From: Chlamydiia bacterium
GTDB lineage: Bacteria > Chlamydiota > Chlamydiia > Chlamydiales > JAAKFQ01
Length of the DNA: 34,807 bases
Direction of reading: 5' to 3'
Assembly (NCBI GenBank): GCA_041688145.1
Contig: JBDNIV010000022.1
Span: 1-34,807 of the forward strand
Each line of letters begins with the position of its first letter. Within the stretch, counting starts at the first letter, position 1. The notes under the pieces are model-generated. The model was not told where the DNA came from and made no database searches. It was given only the letters and a program-made list of their open reading frames with translations. Below are positions 26,389 through 34,807 of the stretch, piece after piece. The position numbers were made by a program, and so were the translations under genes.

Positions 26389-27179
26389 AGCCCTTTGTTT
26401 GGCACCGTTATAGCCGTAAAATGGAAAAAGCGCTTGCTAACATTAAGCATGCAGGCGCACTTTCACAAGCTGAGGCTGATGCAAGAGATCTCCGGTTAGT
26501 TATTGGGGAAGCTGGAGAGCTTGAGCTAGGAAATTTTGTGCGATTATATGCCCTTGTCGATAAAGAAGAAGGCCTTTTACTCCACTGTCATTATGAGGCT
26601 TTTGGGGACTCTGCACTTATTGCCGCGCTAGAAGCAACATGCATTTTTATTGAAGGGAAAAACTATGCGCAAGCAGCTAGAATAACAGGCGATATTATTG
26701 ATCTTCAGCTGCAAGATAGGCCAGGGAAAGAGGCTTTCCCAAGTGAGCTTGCTGGCCATGTGAATCTTGTGATTAGTGCGGTAGATGTTTTAGTTTCTCA
26801 GTGCTCTGACATTACTATATCAACTGTTCCTTTGCCTATGCCAGGTATAGAATCTTCTGGAGGAATTGAGGGGTTTGAAGAGCTTTCTCTTTCTAAAAAA
26901 ATTGAAGTGATTGAGGCCGTTTTAGACGCTGATATCCGTCCTTATATTGAACTAGATGCGGGCGGCATTGAGGTAAAGGACTTAAAGGGTTATAAAGTCA
27001 TTATCACATATGCTGGCGCTTGCACATCGTGTCCGTCGGCTATTGGGGGGACTCTTTCATATATCTCAAAGGTAATGCGAGAGAAAATTCATTCCGATTT
27101 AGAAGTAGAGCCTGATATGGAGGCGTTAGCAGGTCTATATGCCGAGAGTAATACACACATTTCAAAGCAAAAGTTCTAG
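26385..27179 (+). CDS. NifU-like protein (degenerate IscU-type N-domain plus Nfu C-domain)
   Basis: C-terminal IRPYIELDAGGIEV...YAGACTSCPS (Nfu CxxC); the N-domain follows the IscU pattern without its cysteines; ATGA overlap with the upstream gene. Confidence 0.88.
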   Translation: MKPFVWHRYSRKMEKALANIKHAGALSQAEADARDLRLVIGEAGELELGNFVRLYALVDKEEGLLLHCHYEAFGDSALIAALEATCIFIEGKNYAQAARITGDIIDLQLQDRPGKEAFPSELAGHVNLVISAVDVLVSQCSDITISTVPLPMPGIESSGGIEGFEELSLSKKIEVIEAVLDADIRPYIELDAGGIEVKDLKGYKVIITYAGACTSCPSAIGGTLSYISKVMREKIHSDLEVEPDMEALAGLYAESNTHISKQKF

Positions 27180-28320
27180 CAAAGCCTCTTATAGAAGAGC
27201 TTGCAATCGCCTAATGGGCCTGATTGATATCAAAGCGATTATCATAACACTTTCTTTGATGTTGATCAGTCTGATCATCATCTCAGGTACAAGTGCAGAG
27301 GATAAAAATGCCTCCTTTTTTACCCCGCTCGTAATCGCTCAAGTAAAGTGGTTTGCTATGGGGTGGGCTTTTTATTTGGGTGCCGCTTTTATTCCTTATG
27401 GAGCTTTCAGACGCTACAGTCCTTTTCTCTATATTTTCCTAGTACTTGCTTTAGTAGGGCTTTTTCTAATGCCTTCTGTTCATAATGTGCACAGGTGGTA
27501 CCGGTTTTCTTGGATGGGCTTTGATATGCAGCCCTCTGAATGGGCTAAACTCATTTTAGCTATTAGCTTAGCCTCTTTTTTGGAGAGGCATAGTTCTGAT
27601 ATTCATTTTTTTTCAAAGGCGCTGATGGGATGGCTTCTTGTACTCGCGCCTTTTTTACTCATTCTCAAGCAGCCTGACCTTGGTACAGCTGCAGCTCTTT
27701 TGCCCATGAGCCTTTGCGCCTTTTATGCGGCAGGAGCTTGCCCAAGGCTTACAAAAATCATCCAGTATATAACAGGTTTTGGTCTTGGGCTTATTGTACT
27801 TGTGTTTGTCGGTATTATTCCCCATGAATCACTTAGGCCTTATGCACGCGCTTTTATGAAAGATTACCAGTATGAACGCCTCATCCCAAAAACGTATCAT
27901 CAAAAAGCATCTTTAACAGCTATTGGAAAAGGAGGTGTAAGCGGCTCAGGTTTTAGAAAAGCTTCTTTTACAAAAGGCAACTTTTTACCTGCTGCTAACA
28001 CAGACTCTGCTTTTGCTGCTTTTGCTGAGCAGTTTGGTTTTATAGGGATTACTGTCCTTATAGGTCTTTTCTTTTCTTTGATCTACCTTGGCTTTCGTGC
28101 AGCTTTAAGTGCCTCGGATCTTTTTGGAAGATATCTTGCTATTGCAATTACCGCTGGACTTGGGACGCATATTTTAGTAAACATGGGAATGATGAGTGGT
28201 TTGTTACCCATTACGGGAGTACCCCTCGTATTAGTAACCTACGGAGGCTCGAGCGTTTTGTCTACAATGACAAGCCTTGGAGTTTTACAAAGTATCTACG
28301 CTAGAAGGTATCGATTTTGA
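27139..28320 (+). CDS. rodA: SEDS family peptidoglycan glycosyltransferase RodA (start may be downstream, e.g. ATG 27214)
   Basis: HRWY, QPSEWAK, KQPDLGTA, AIGKGG, LPAANTDSAF, GLLPITGVPLVLVTYGGSS. Confidence 0.9.
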   Translation: MPRVIHTFQSKSSSKASYRRACNRLMGLIDIKAIIITLSLMLISLIIISGTSAEDKNASFFTPLVIAQVKWFAMGWAFYLGAAFIPYGAFRRYSPFLYIFLVLALVGLFLMPSVHNVHRWYRFSWMGFDMQPSEWAKLILAISLASFLERHSSDIHFFSKALMGWLLVLAPFLLILKQPDLGTAAALLPMSLCAFYAAGACPRLTKIIQYITGFGLGLIVLVFVGIIPHESLRPYARAFMKDYQYERLIPKTYHQKASLTAIGKGGVSGSGFRKASFTKGNFLPAANTDSAFAAFAEQFGFIGITVLIGLFFSLIYLGFRAALSASDLFGRYLAIAITAGLGTHILVNMGMMSGLLPITGVPLVLVTYGGSSVLSTMTSLGVLQSIYARRYRF

Positions 28321-28772
28321 GTGAGTGCCCCCATAAATTTTTATTTGCTCCAGGAGATTGGCTTGGTGAAGGTACAATCCAGCTAAACCTAGTGCAAGAA
28401 CCTCTTAAATTCTTTACGTCATGGAAAGTAGGTTCGCAAGCAGGTGCAGCGATTGAGTGTATGCAGGAAGTTGAGGTCAAAGGCTTATCTGAACGAATGT
28501 CAAATGCATTTGATATCCAAATAGAAGATCCAGGAACGCTATTAATCAAGCTAGAAAATGATTCTATTGGTAGTGTTAAAGGTAGAGGTCTTTGGGATGA
28601 CAAGGTAGTTGCTTGGGAGTATGAAAAAGAAAAAGGAGGGGAGTTTGAAGGTTTTGAAATCTTTGAACTTCAAAAAGATGGCACCTATCTTTTTCGCTCT
28701 GAATTTATCTCACAAGACCAGCTGAGATCGAGTATATCAGGAAAACTGTGGCTAAAAGGCGAGGCAAAGTAA
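28317..28772 (+). CDS. Hypothetical protein, possible calycin/nitrobindin-like beta-barrel
   Basis: TTGA overlap with the rodA stop; N-terminal PGDWLGEG (GxWxGxG); alternating beta-strand patterns. Confidence 0.7.
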   Translation: MSECPHKFLFAPGDWLGEGTIQLNLVQEPLKFFTSWKVGSQAGAAIECMQEVEVKGLSERMSNAFDIQIEDPGTLLIKLENDSIGSVKGRGLWDDKVVAWEYEKEKGGEFEGFEIFELQKDGTYLFRSEFISQDQLRSSISGKLWLKGEAK

Positions 28773-29135
28773 ATGAAGTTATTTAAAATTAGAAAAAACG
28801 CAGTCTTACTTTGTATGCTTGTTTTTCTACTAGGAGGATGCGCTGTGGCGAGCTTAGGCTCTAAGCCTATGTCGATGCACCGCTTTGAACAAATTCCTTT
28901 AGGAATCAATTCTAAAGAGCTTGTGAGCATAGCAGGTAAACCTTATGAGATTACAAAAGGGAAAAAACCTGGGACAGTGAAGTACGTTTATATTGAGCGT
29001 TTTAGTATGCCAGGACAAGAGCGACAAGCAAGACGCTATATCGTAGAATTTTCCGGGGGCCGCGTTTCTAATAAATACTTCCTACACGAAGAGCAAAAAA
29101 CGGTAGAATTTTTGTTAGAAAAAAATGCAGATTAA
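28773..29135 (+). CDS. Small lipoprotein, possible BamE/SmpA-like domain
   Basis: Basic N-region, hydrophobic stretch and lipobox LGGC; FEQIPLGINSKELVSIAGKP resembles the SmpA/BamE pattern; abuts the upstream gene. Confidence 0.7.
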   Translation: MKLFKIRKNAVLLCMLVFLLGGCAVASLGSKPMSMHRFEQIPLGINSKELVSIAGKPYEITKGKKPGTVKYVYIERFSMPGQERQARRYIVEFSGGRVSNKYFLHEEQKTVEFLLEKNAD

Positions 29136-29169
29136 GATCTGCATAATAATTTTATAAAAAACTATAAAT

Positions 29170-29206
29170 ATAAAAAAACCTTGGATTCAATCCAAGGTTT
29201 TTTTAT
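29170..29206. terminator. Bidirectional intrinsic terminator
   Basis: 18 bp perfect inverted repeat ATAAAAAAACCTTGGATT-C-AATCCAAGGTTTTTTTAT, with A7/T7 tracts, between the convergent lipoprotein gene and rpsJ. Confidence 0.9.
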
Positions 29207-29250
29207 TAAGTCTTCCGGTCCTTAGTCTAGGAGCGTAGAATACCGCTTAA

Positions 29251-29589
29251 TTAAGCAGCTTTAATTGTGATATCCACGCCAGCGGGAAGAGCTAGTGTTT
29301 TTAGAGCATCAATTGTTTGCGCTGTTGGATGCATAATATCAATCATACGCTTATGGGTACGTGTTTCGAACTGCTCACGAGCTTTCTTATCTACGTGAGG
29401 AGAGCTCAGTACTGTGTACAGCTCACGTTTTGTAGGTAAAGGGATAGGCCCGACGACGCGTGCACCTGTGCGCTTTGCTGTCTCTACGATATCTGCTGTA
29501 GAGCGGTCTAGCATTCTTTGATCAAAGCCCTTAAGGCGAATACGAATGCGTTGTTTTACTTGAGTAGTTGTTTTTTTTATAGCTGTCAT
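29251..29589 (-). CDS. rpsJ: 30S ribosomal protein S10
   Basis: [37 protein letters not shown]. Confidence 0.98.
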   Translation of the reverse strand: MTAIKKTTTQVKQRIRIRLKGFDQRMLDRSTADIVETAKRTGARVVGPIPLPTKRELYTVLSSPHVDKKAREQFETRTHKRMIDIMHPTAQTIDALKTLALPAGVDITIKAA

Positions 29590-29597
29590 ATCTTCCC

Positions 29598-31700
29598 TTA
29601 TTTATTGACAATCTCTTCTTGAATTTTAGATGGAACACGCTCAAAGTGTGAAGGCTCCATTGAGAACGTAGCTCTTCCTGATGATAAAGAGCGCAGCTGT
29701 GTAGAATAACCTGACATCTCACTAAGAGGTACTTCAGATTCGATAAGCACAGTTCCTTTCTTAGCTTCTTGACCAAGAATTTTCCCTCGGCGACGGTTTA
29801 GATCTCCAATCACATCTCCAATGAAATCTTCAGGAGTCGTAACCACGACCTTCATAATTGGTTCTAGTATAATAGGAGCGCATTTTTTTGCCGCTTCCTT
29901 AAGAGCCATAGATCCGCAAATCTTAAAGGCCATCTCGTTGGAGTCAACATCATGGTAAGATCCGAAGACAATTTTGACGTTTGTATCAACAAGGTTGTAT
30001 CCTGCAAGAATACCTGTTTCTAAACCTTCTTGAATACCTTTAATAACCGCAGGGATGTATTCCTTAGGAATCACACCACCCACAATCTTACTTTCAACTG
30101 TGTTACCCTTGCCTGGTTCATTCGGCTCAACTTCGATAACGACGTGAGCGTATTGACCACGACCACCAGACTGCTTGACAAGTTTAGTGTCAGCTTTTCC
30201 TGGCTTAGTAACAGTCTCTTTATAAGAAACTTGAGGCCTGCCTACGTTTGCTTCTACAGAGAACTCGCGCATCATACGGTCTTTCAAAATGTCTAGGTGA
30301 AGCTCACCCATACCTGCAATAATCGTTTGTCCAGTCTCTTCATCAGTATGAACACGGAATGTTGGATCTTCTTCAGAAAGGGCAGACAGAGCAATCGAAA
30401 GCTTTTCACGGTCAGCTTTAGACTTAGGCTCAATTGCCATAGAGATAACAGGCTCTGGAAAGTCCATTTTTTCTAGAATAATGTTCGAGCCCTCATCACA
30501 AAGAGTGTCACCTGTTCCGGAGCTTTTTAGGCCAATACACGCAGCAATGTCACCTGTAAAAAACGCATCGACGTCAGTGCGGTTATTCGCATGCATCTCT
30601 AAAAGGCGCGAAACGCGCTCTTTTTTATCTTTAGTTGTATTTAGTAAAGAGGCACCTTTTTTAAGCACACCACTGTAAATACGTAGGTAAGTAATACGGC
30701 CTACATAAGGGTCTGTCATGACTTTAAATGCTAAAGCAGATAGAGGTCCGTCATCTTCAGGAGGAAGAGATATCTCTTCTTCCGTATTCATATCTAAGCC
30801 TTTTACAGATCCACGATCTAGAGGAGAAGGCATCCAAAGAACGGCTGCGTCGAGCAGTTGCTGCACACCCTTATTCTTAAAGGCAGTTCCACAAAGAACA
30901 GGGGTGAATTTATTTTCACAAACCCCTTTTCGAATAGCTGCATGGATATCGTCTGTCGAAAGTTTGCTAGGATCTTCAAGAACTTGATTAATAAAGTCTT
31001 CATTTTCTTCATCTACAAGAGCGAGTTCGTCTAAAAGTTCTGCGCGCATTTTTTCGCATTTGTCTTTTAGATCAGCTGGGATTTCTTCTTCTTCCCATTT
31101 AGCGCCAAGAGTATCATCTTTAAAGATGTAGGCTTTCATGTGAATAAGATCAACCATGCCTGTAAATTCAGCTTCTGCGCCGATAGGGCAGTGTACAGCA
31201 ATAGCGTTAGAACCAAGCTTGTCTTTCATTGTTTCTACTGCACTGAAAAAGTCTGCACCTGTGCGGTCCATTTTATTAACAAAAGCTATGCGGGGAACGC
31301 CGTAGCGATCAGCTTGACGCCATACGGTTTCAGATTGAGGCTGTACGCCAGCAACCGCGCAAAAAACAGCGACCGCGCCATCAAGAACGCGGAGCGAGCG
31401 CTCTACTTCTATCGTAAAGTCAACGTGCCCAGGAGTGTCGATAATGTTAATTTTATACTGAGTTTTATCGGGACCATTCCAATAAACAGTTGTCGCCGCT
31501 GAAGTAATAGTGATACCACGCTCTTGCTCTTGAACCATCCAGTCCATGGTTGCAGCGCCTTCATGCACTTCTCCCATTTTGTGAACGCGGCCTGAGTAAT
31601 AAAGAATACGCTCAGTAGTCGTCGTTTTCCCCGCATCGATGTGGGCCATGATGCCGATATTACGAACGTTCTTTAACGGGTTTTTTGGATCTCGGGCCAT
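29598..31700 (-). CDS. fusA: Elongation factor G
   Basis: [53 protein letters not shown]. Start moved to ATG 31700 (700 aa; AGGAG upstream). Confidence 0.98.
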   Translation of the reverse strand: MARDPKNPLKNVRNIGIMAHIDAGKTTTTERILYYSGRVHKMGEVHEGAATMDWMVQEQERGITITSAATTVYWNGPDKTQYKINIIDTPGHVDFTIEVERSLRVLDGAVAVFCAVAGVQPQSETVWRQADRYGVPRIAFVNKMDRTGADFFSAVETMKDKLGSNAIAVHCPIGAEAEFTGMVDLIHMKAYIFKDDTLGAKWEEEEIPADLKDKCEKMRAELLDELALVDEENEDFINQVLEDPSKLSTDDIHAAIRKGVCENKFTPVLCGTAFKNKGVQQLLDAAVLWMPSPLDRGSVKGLDMNTEEEISLPPEDDGPLSALAFKVMTDPYVGRITYLRIYSGVLKKGASLLNTTKDKKERVSRLLEMHANNRTDVDAFFTGDIAACIGLKSSGTGDTLCDEGSNIILEKMDFPEPVISMAIEPKSKADREKLSIALSALSEEDPTFRVHTDEETGQTIIAGMGELHLDILKDRMMREFSVEANVGRPQVSYKETVTKPGKADTKLVKQSGGRGQYAHVVIEVEPNEPGKGNTVESKIVGGVIPKEYIPAVIKGIQEGLETGILAGYNLVDTNVKIVFGSYHDVDSNEMAFKICGSMALKEAAKKCAPIILEPIMKVVVTTPEDFIGDVIGDLNRRRGKILGQEAKKGTVLIESEVPLSEMSGYSTQLRSLSSGRATFSMEPSHFERVPSKIQEEIVNK

Positions 31701-31734
31701 TATGAGGGTATCTCCTATTGTCTTTAAAATATCT

Positions 31735-32205
31735 CTACTTGAACTGGGCAAATGCTTTGTTTGACTCTGCCATGCGGTGCGTGTCGTCTTTTTTCTTGAT
31801 TGTAGCCCCTTGGTTATTGAAACAATCTGCAAGCTCAATAGCGAGACCATCTTCCATGCTGCGACCTGCTTTGGAGCGCGCATAGCCGATTACCCAACGC
31901 ATTGCAATAGAGGTGCGTCTAGCTGGAGGCACTTCGATTGGCACTTGGTAGGTAGAACCTCCAATACGGCGAGACTTTACTTCTAAAGCAGGCTTGGCAT
32001 TTTCTAAGGCTTGCTCAAAAGCTTCGAGGGCATCGTTAGCTTGCACTTTAGTGGCAAATTTCTTAATAGCTCCATACACAATAGCGCGGGCTGTAGTCTT
32101 CTTGCCCCCAATCATGATTTTATTGATAAAGCGCGAAACTTCTTCACTGCCATACACTGGGTCTGGCTTAGGCACTCTTTTTTCGGCACGACGGCGTCTA
32201 GACAT
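31735..32205 (-). CDS. rpsG: 30S ribosomal protein S7
   Basis: [46 protein letters not shown]. Confidence 0.98.
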   Translation of the reverse strand: MSRRRRAEKRVPKPDPVYGSEEVSRFINKIMIGGKKTTARAIVYGAIKKFATKVQANDALEAFEQALENAKPALEVKSRRIGGSTYQVPIEVPPARRTSIAMRWVIGYARSKAGRSMEDGLAIELADCFNNQGATIKKKDDTHRMAESNKAFAQFK

Positions 32206-32257
32206 ATAATAATTCCCTTAAAATGCGGGGTTAATTCTTAAAATTTGTTTTCAAAAG

Positions 32258-32629
32258 TTACTTGGGTTTTTTCGCTCCATACTTGGAACGAGACTGCTTG
32301 CGGTCTTTTACAGCTGAACAGTCAAGAGCTCCACGTACGATATGGTAGCGCACACCTGGCAAGTCTTTTACACGACCACCACGCACAAGCACAATGCTGT
32401 GTTCTTGGAGGTTGTGGCCTTCCCCTGGGATGTAAGCAATAACTTCATGGCCATTAGATAGTTTTACCCAAGCCACTTTACGAAGCGCTGAGTTAGGCTT
32501 TCTAGGAGTTTTTGTCTTCACCTGTAAACAAACGCCTCTTCTTTGAGGGCATTTTTGCAAAGCAGGAGACTTCTTTCTTTTAGTTCTACTCTTTCTTGGA
32601 GAACGAACAAGCTGGTTGATTGTGGGCAT
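32258..32629 (-). CDS. rpsL: 30S ribosomal protein S12
   Basis: [48 protein letters not shown]. Confidence 0.99.
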   Translation of the reverse strand: MPTINQLVRSPRKSRTKRKKSPALQKCPQRRGVCLQVKTKTPRKPNSALRKVAWVKLSNGHEVIAYIPGEGHNLQEHSIVLVRGGRVKDLPGVRYHIVRGALDCSAVKDRKQSRSKYGAKKPK

Positions 32630-32680
32630 AAGTAGTGTTTATTCCTTAAGTCTTAATCGTGAAAAACCGTATATGAGAGC

Positions 32681-32710
32681 ACTATACAGCCTCAGGGAGT
32701 TTATTTGCAA
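32681..32710 (-). promoter_or_regulatory. Candidate promoter of the rpsL-rpsG-fusA-rpsJ operon
   Basis: Minus strand TTGCAA (32710-32705), 18 nt spacer, TATAGT (32686-32681), with a T-tract upstream. Confidence 0.55.
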
Positions 32711-32827
32711 AAAAAATAGCATTCGCGAATTTGGAGAGGGCAAAGAGGACTATAGAGAAGTGAATCGTCAAGGAAGTATTTGAAGACAATCCTGTAGATC
32801 TCCTATACCAGAGGAAAGAGGCCTTTT

Positions 32828-34708
32828 ATGCGTTTACTTGTTTTAGGTGTTGTTTTAGCTTTGTTTTGTCCTACAGGGCTTATAGCTAAAAAAAATATAT
32901 CCCCTCATGCGATTCTTAAAGAAATTTCTTCAAAGCATATTAAACACAAAGAAATCACACCCCAGATTACGAAAAGAGCCCTTGAGCTTTTTGTCAGCCA
33001 GTTTGATCCTATTGGAATATATCTTATGCCAGAGGAGTTTGGGGAGCTTGTTGATATAAGCCTTGATGAGTGCTCAGGTATTTTAAAGGAGCTGGAAGAG
33101 GGTAAATATACGCAATTTGAAAGGCTTTACCAGCAGTTTCAGCTTGCTATTACAAGGTCTCAGCGGATTCGCTTAGAAAAACCTAAAAAAGAGCTTAGCC
33201 CAAGGCTCACTTCAGCAACTGTTTCTTTAGAGACGCTTCGATCTAAAATATCTGAACATCGCAAAATTTTTTTTAATAGATATAGCGCTCTTCTTGAAGG
33301 TGCATCGTGGAAAAAAAAAGTAAGCTTTTATAATCGCAAACTTTCTTCACATGAGAATAAGTATTTGCAAAGTGGGCATTCAGACCAGCTTGAAAGCCTA
33401 GTGTTAAAAGCCTTTGCGAAAAGCCTTGATCCTCACACAAGCTTTTATTCTCAAGCAGAAGCTAAAGAGATGAAAGCATATTTAGAAAAAGGATTTGAGG
33501 GGTTGGGTATTACTTTTCAGGAAAGGCTTGATGGTATTGAAATCGTGGGGTTTAAGCCCAGAGGTCCAGCTCATAAAGAGGGCTCTTTAAAGAAGGGGGA
33601 TCGTTTAGTAGCTATTAATGGAGCAATTGTTGAGAACTTAGAGTTCAAAGAGGCTTTGCTTCATCTGCGCCTAAGTCCTAAACGCGTTGAGCTTAGAGTA
33701 AAGCGGTACTTTAATAGAGAAGCTGTAAAGAGCCCTGGAGAAAAAAGCAGCTTTAAACTTTTAAATATTTCCTTAAATAAAGAGCCTATTGAAGTCCAAG
33801 AAGAGCGCCTTGATGTGTCGTATGAGCCTGTAGAGGGTGGCATTATAGGCAAAATAAGCTTGCATGGTTTTTATGAATCTAAAGTAGCTAAGGCGGATAG
33901 AGATATTAAAGAGGCGCTTCGAAAGCTAAGAGAAAAAGGCGAGATTAAAGGTATTATTTTGGACTTGAGGGATAACCCTGGAGGGCTTTTGTCTCAAGCA
34001 TCACCTGTAGCGGGGTGCTTTATGAAAAGTGGGGTTGTTGCTATGTGGCGAGTTTCTGATGAAGAGCGCCATTTGCTTCGCGAATTAGACGGACGCTCGT
34101 ATTACGAAGGACCTCTTGTTGTACTCACATCAAAAGCTTCGGCTTCATGTGCTGAAATTGTAGCAGGCGCTTTACAAGACTATGGTCTTGGGGTCATTGT
34201 GGGTGATGCACACACCTATGGCAAGGCAACTGTGCAAGACCAAAATGCGACTCTTGGAAAAGATCCTGCTTACAGAGTGACTGTAGGTCGTTATTACACA
34301 GTATCAGGTAGATCACCTCAGATAACGGGCGTTTGTGCAGACATTATAGTCCCAAGCCTCTACCATCACGACCTTATAGGAGAGCGCTACTTGCGGTTTG
34401 CTTTAAGTCCTGATAGTTCAGAGGCAGCTTTTTTAGACTCTTTAGATGATGTCCCTATGCGGCGCAAGAAGTGGTTTCAGAAAAATTACGTGCCCCATAT
34501 TCAAAAGAAACGCTCTATCTGGACGCGTTCAATGTCGAGTTTGCGTGCAGCATCAAAAGCGCGTTTAGCAAAAAATCAAAGTATGCAAACTTTTTTGAAA
34601 GATTCGAGTAAAATTCCTAAGGGAGATCCTCAGATGGATGAGGGCGTCTTAATTCTAAAAGACATGATCTGTCTTTCTGAAAATTCTTCTCAGCAAGCTT
34701 CAAGTTAA
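32828..34708 (+). CDS. tsp: Tail-specific (S41 family) protease with a PDZ domain
   Basis: Signal peptide; SLDPHTSF; PDZ GLGITF...GDRLVAING; ILDLRDNPGGLL; SASCAEIVAGALQDY (catalytic Ser); TYGKATVQ (Lys); divergent from rpsL as in Chlamydia. Confidence 0.92.
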   Translation: MRLLVLGVVLALFCPTGLIAKKNISPHAILKEISSKHIKHKEITPQITKRALELFVSQFDPIGIYLMPEEFGELVDISLDECSGILKELEEGKYTQFERLYQQFQLAITRSQRIRLEKPKKELSPRLTSATVSLETLRSKISEHRKIFFNRYSALLEGASWKKKVSFYNRKLSSHENKYLQSGHSDQLESLVLKAFAKSLDPHTSFYSQAEAKEMKAYLEKGFEGLGITFQERLDGIEIVGFKPRGPAHKEGSLKKGDRLVAINGAIVENLEFKEALLHLRLSPKRVELRVKRYFNREAVKSPGEKSSFKLLNISLNKEPIEVQEERLDVSYEPVEGGIIGKISLHGFYESKVAKADRDIKEALRKLREKGEIKGIILDLRDNPGGLLSQASPVAGCFMKSGVVAMWRVSDEERHLLRELDGRSYYEGPLVVLTSKASASCAEIVAGALQDYGLGVIVGDAHTYGKATVQDQNATLGKDPAYRVTVGRYYTVSGRSPQITGVCADIIVPSLYHHDLIGERYLRFALSPDSSEAAFLDSLDDVPMRRKKWFQKNYVPHIQKKRSIWTRSMSSLRAASKARLAKNQSMQTFLKDSSKIPKGDPQMDEGVLILKDMICLSENSSQQASS

Positions 34709-34718
34709 AAATGCATAC

Positions 34719-34747
34719 TTGCTTAAAATGTACATCTCACCTATTTT
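34719..34747 (+). promoter_or_regulatory. Candidate promoter of the tRNA gene
   Basis: TTGCTT (34719-34724), 17 nt spacer, TATTTT (34742-34747). Confidence 0.35.
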
Positions 34748-34782
34748 TCTTAGGATAATCCTATCGGATATTTGCATCCCTT

Positions 34783-34807
34783 GGCCGGGTAGCTCAGTCG
34801 GTAGAGC
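34783..34807 (+). tRNA. 5' part of a tRNA truncated by the window edge; anticodon not visible, possibly tRNA-Phe
   Basis: GGCCGGG (acceptor 5' strand), TA, GCTC-AGTCGGTA-GAGC (D-arm with the invariant GG). Confidence 0.85.

Noticed and set aside
31701..31883. 61 aa N-terminal extension of EF-G in the ORF track
   Set aside because: It overlaps rpsG in another frame; EF-G homology and an SD both point to ATG 31700.
2100..33852. Numerous 63-120 aa ORFs antisense to or nested within annotated genes (e.g. 2100, 5656, 10950, 20131, 21145, 26142, 30030-31636, 33661)
   Set aside because: They are shadow ORFs of well-supported genes, with no motifs or independent expression signals.
1..34807. CRISPR arrays, IS elements, integrases, prophage or defence genes, rRNA
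   Set aside because: No spaced direct repeats or transposase, integrase, phage or rRNA signatures were seen, and almost the whole window is explained by the listed genes.

Overview
The window is chromosomal DNA from a member of the phylum Chlamydiota, most likely an environmental (non-Chlamydiaceae) lineage. The assignment rests on chlamydia-type gene orders: sctJ-K-L-R-S-T (type III secretion), rpsL-rpsG-fusA-rpsJ without tuf and divergent from tsp, rluB divergent from gpmA-nifS-nifU, TIGR00153-pit, and sufBCDS. Interleaved with this core are accessory glycan genes: a SAM methyltransferase, a Wzx-type flippase, two GT4 glycosyltransferases, rmd-gmd (GDP-D-rhamnose pathway) and a signal-peptide-bearing sulfotransferase-like gene with its own promoter and terminator. 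The most interesting signals are: (1) a NifS/NifU-like pair in which the catalytic and PLP-binding residues of the desulfurase and all three scaffold cysteines of the IscU domain are lost, within a tightly coupled operon with rodA, a putative calycin-fold protein and a lipoprotein; (2) the dispersed, possibly methylated or sulfated D-rhamnose glycan system flanking the T3SS operon; (3) a natural S12 K42R (streptomycin-resistance type) allele. I saw no mobile element, CRISPR array or long repeat. The window ends in the 5' part of a tRNA. All calls come from reading motifs by eye; no database searches were run.
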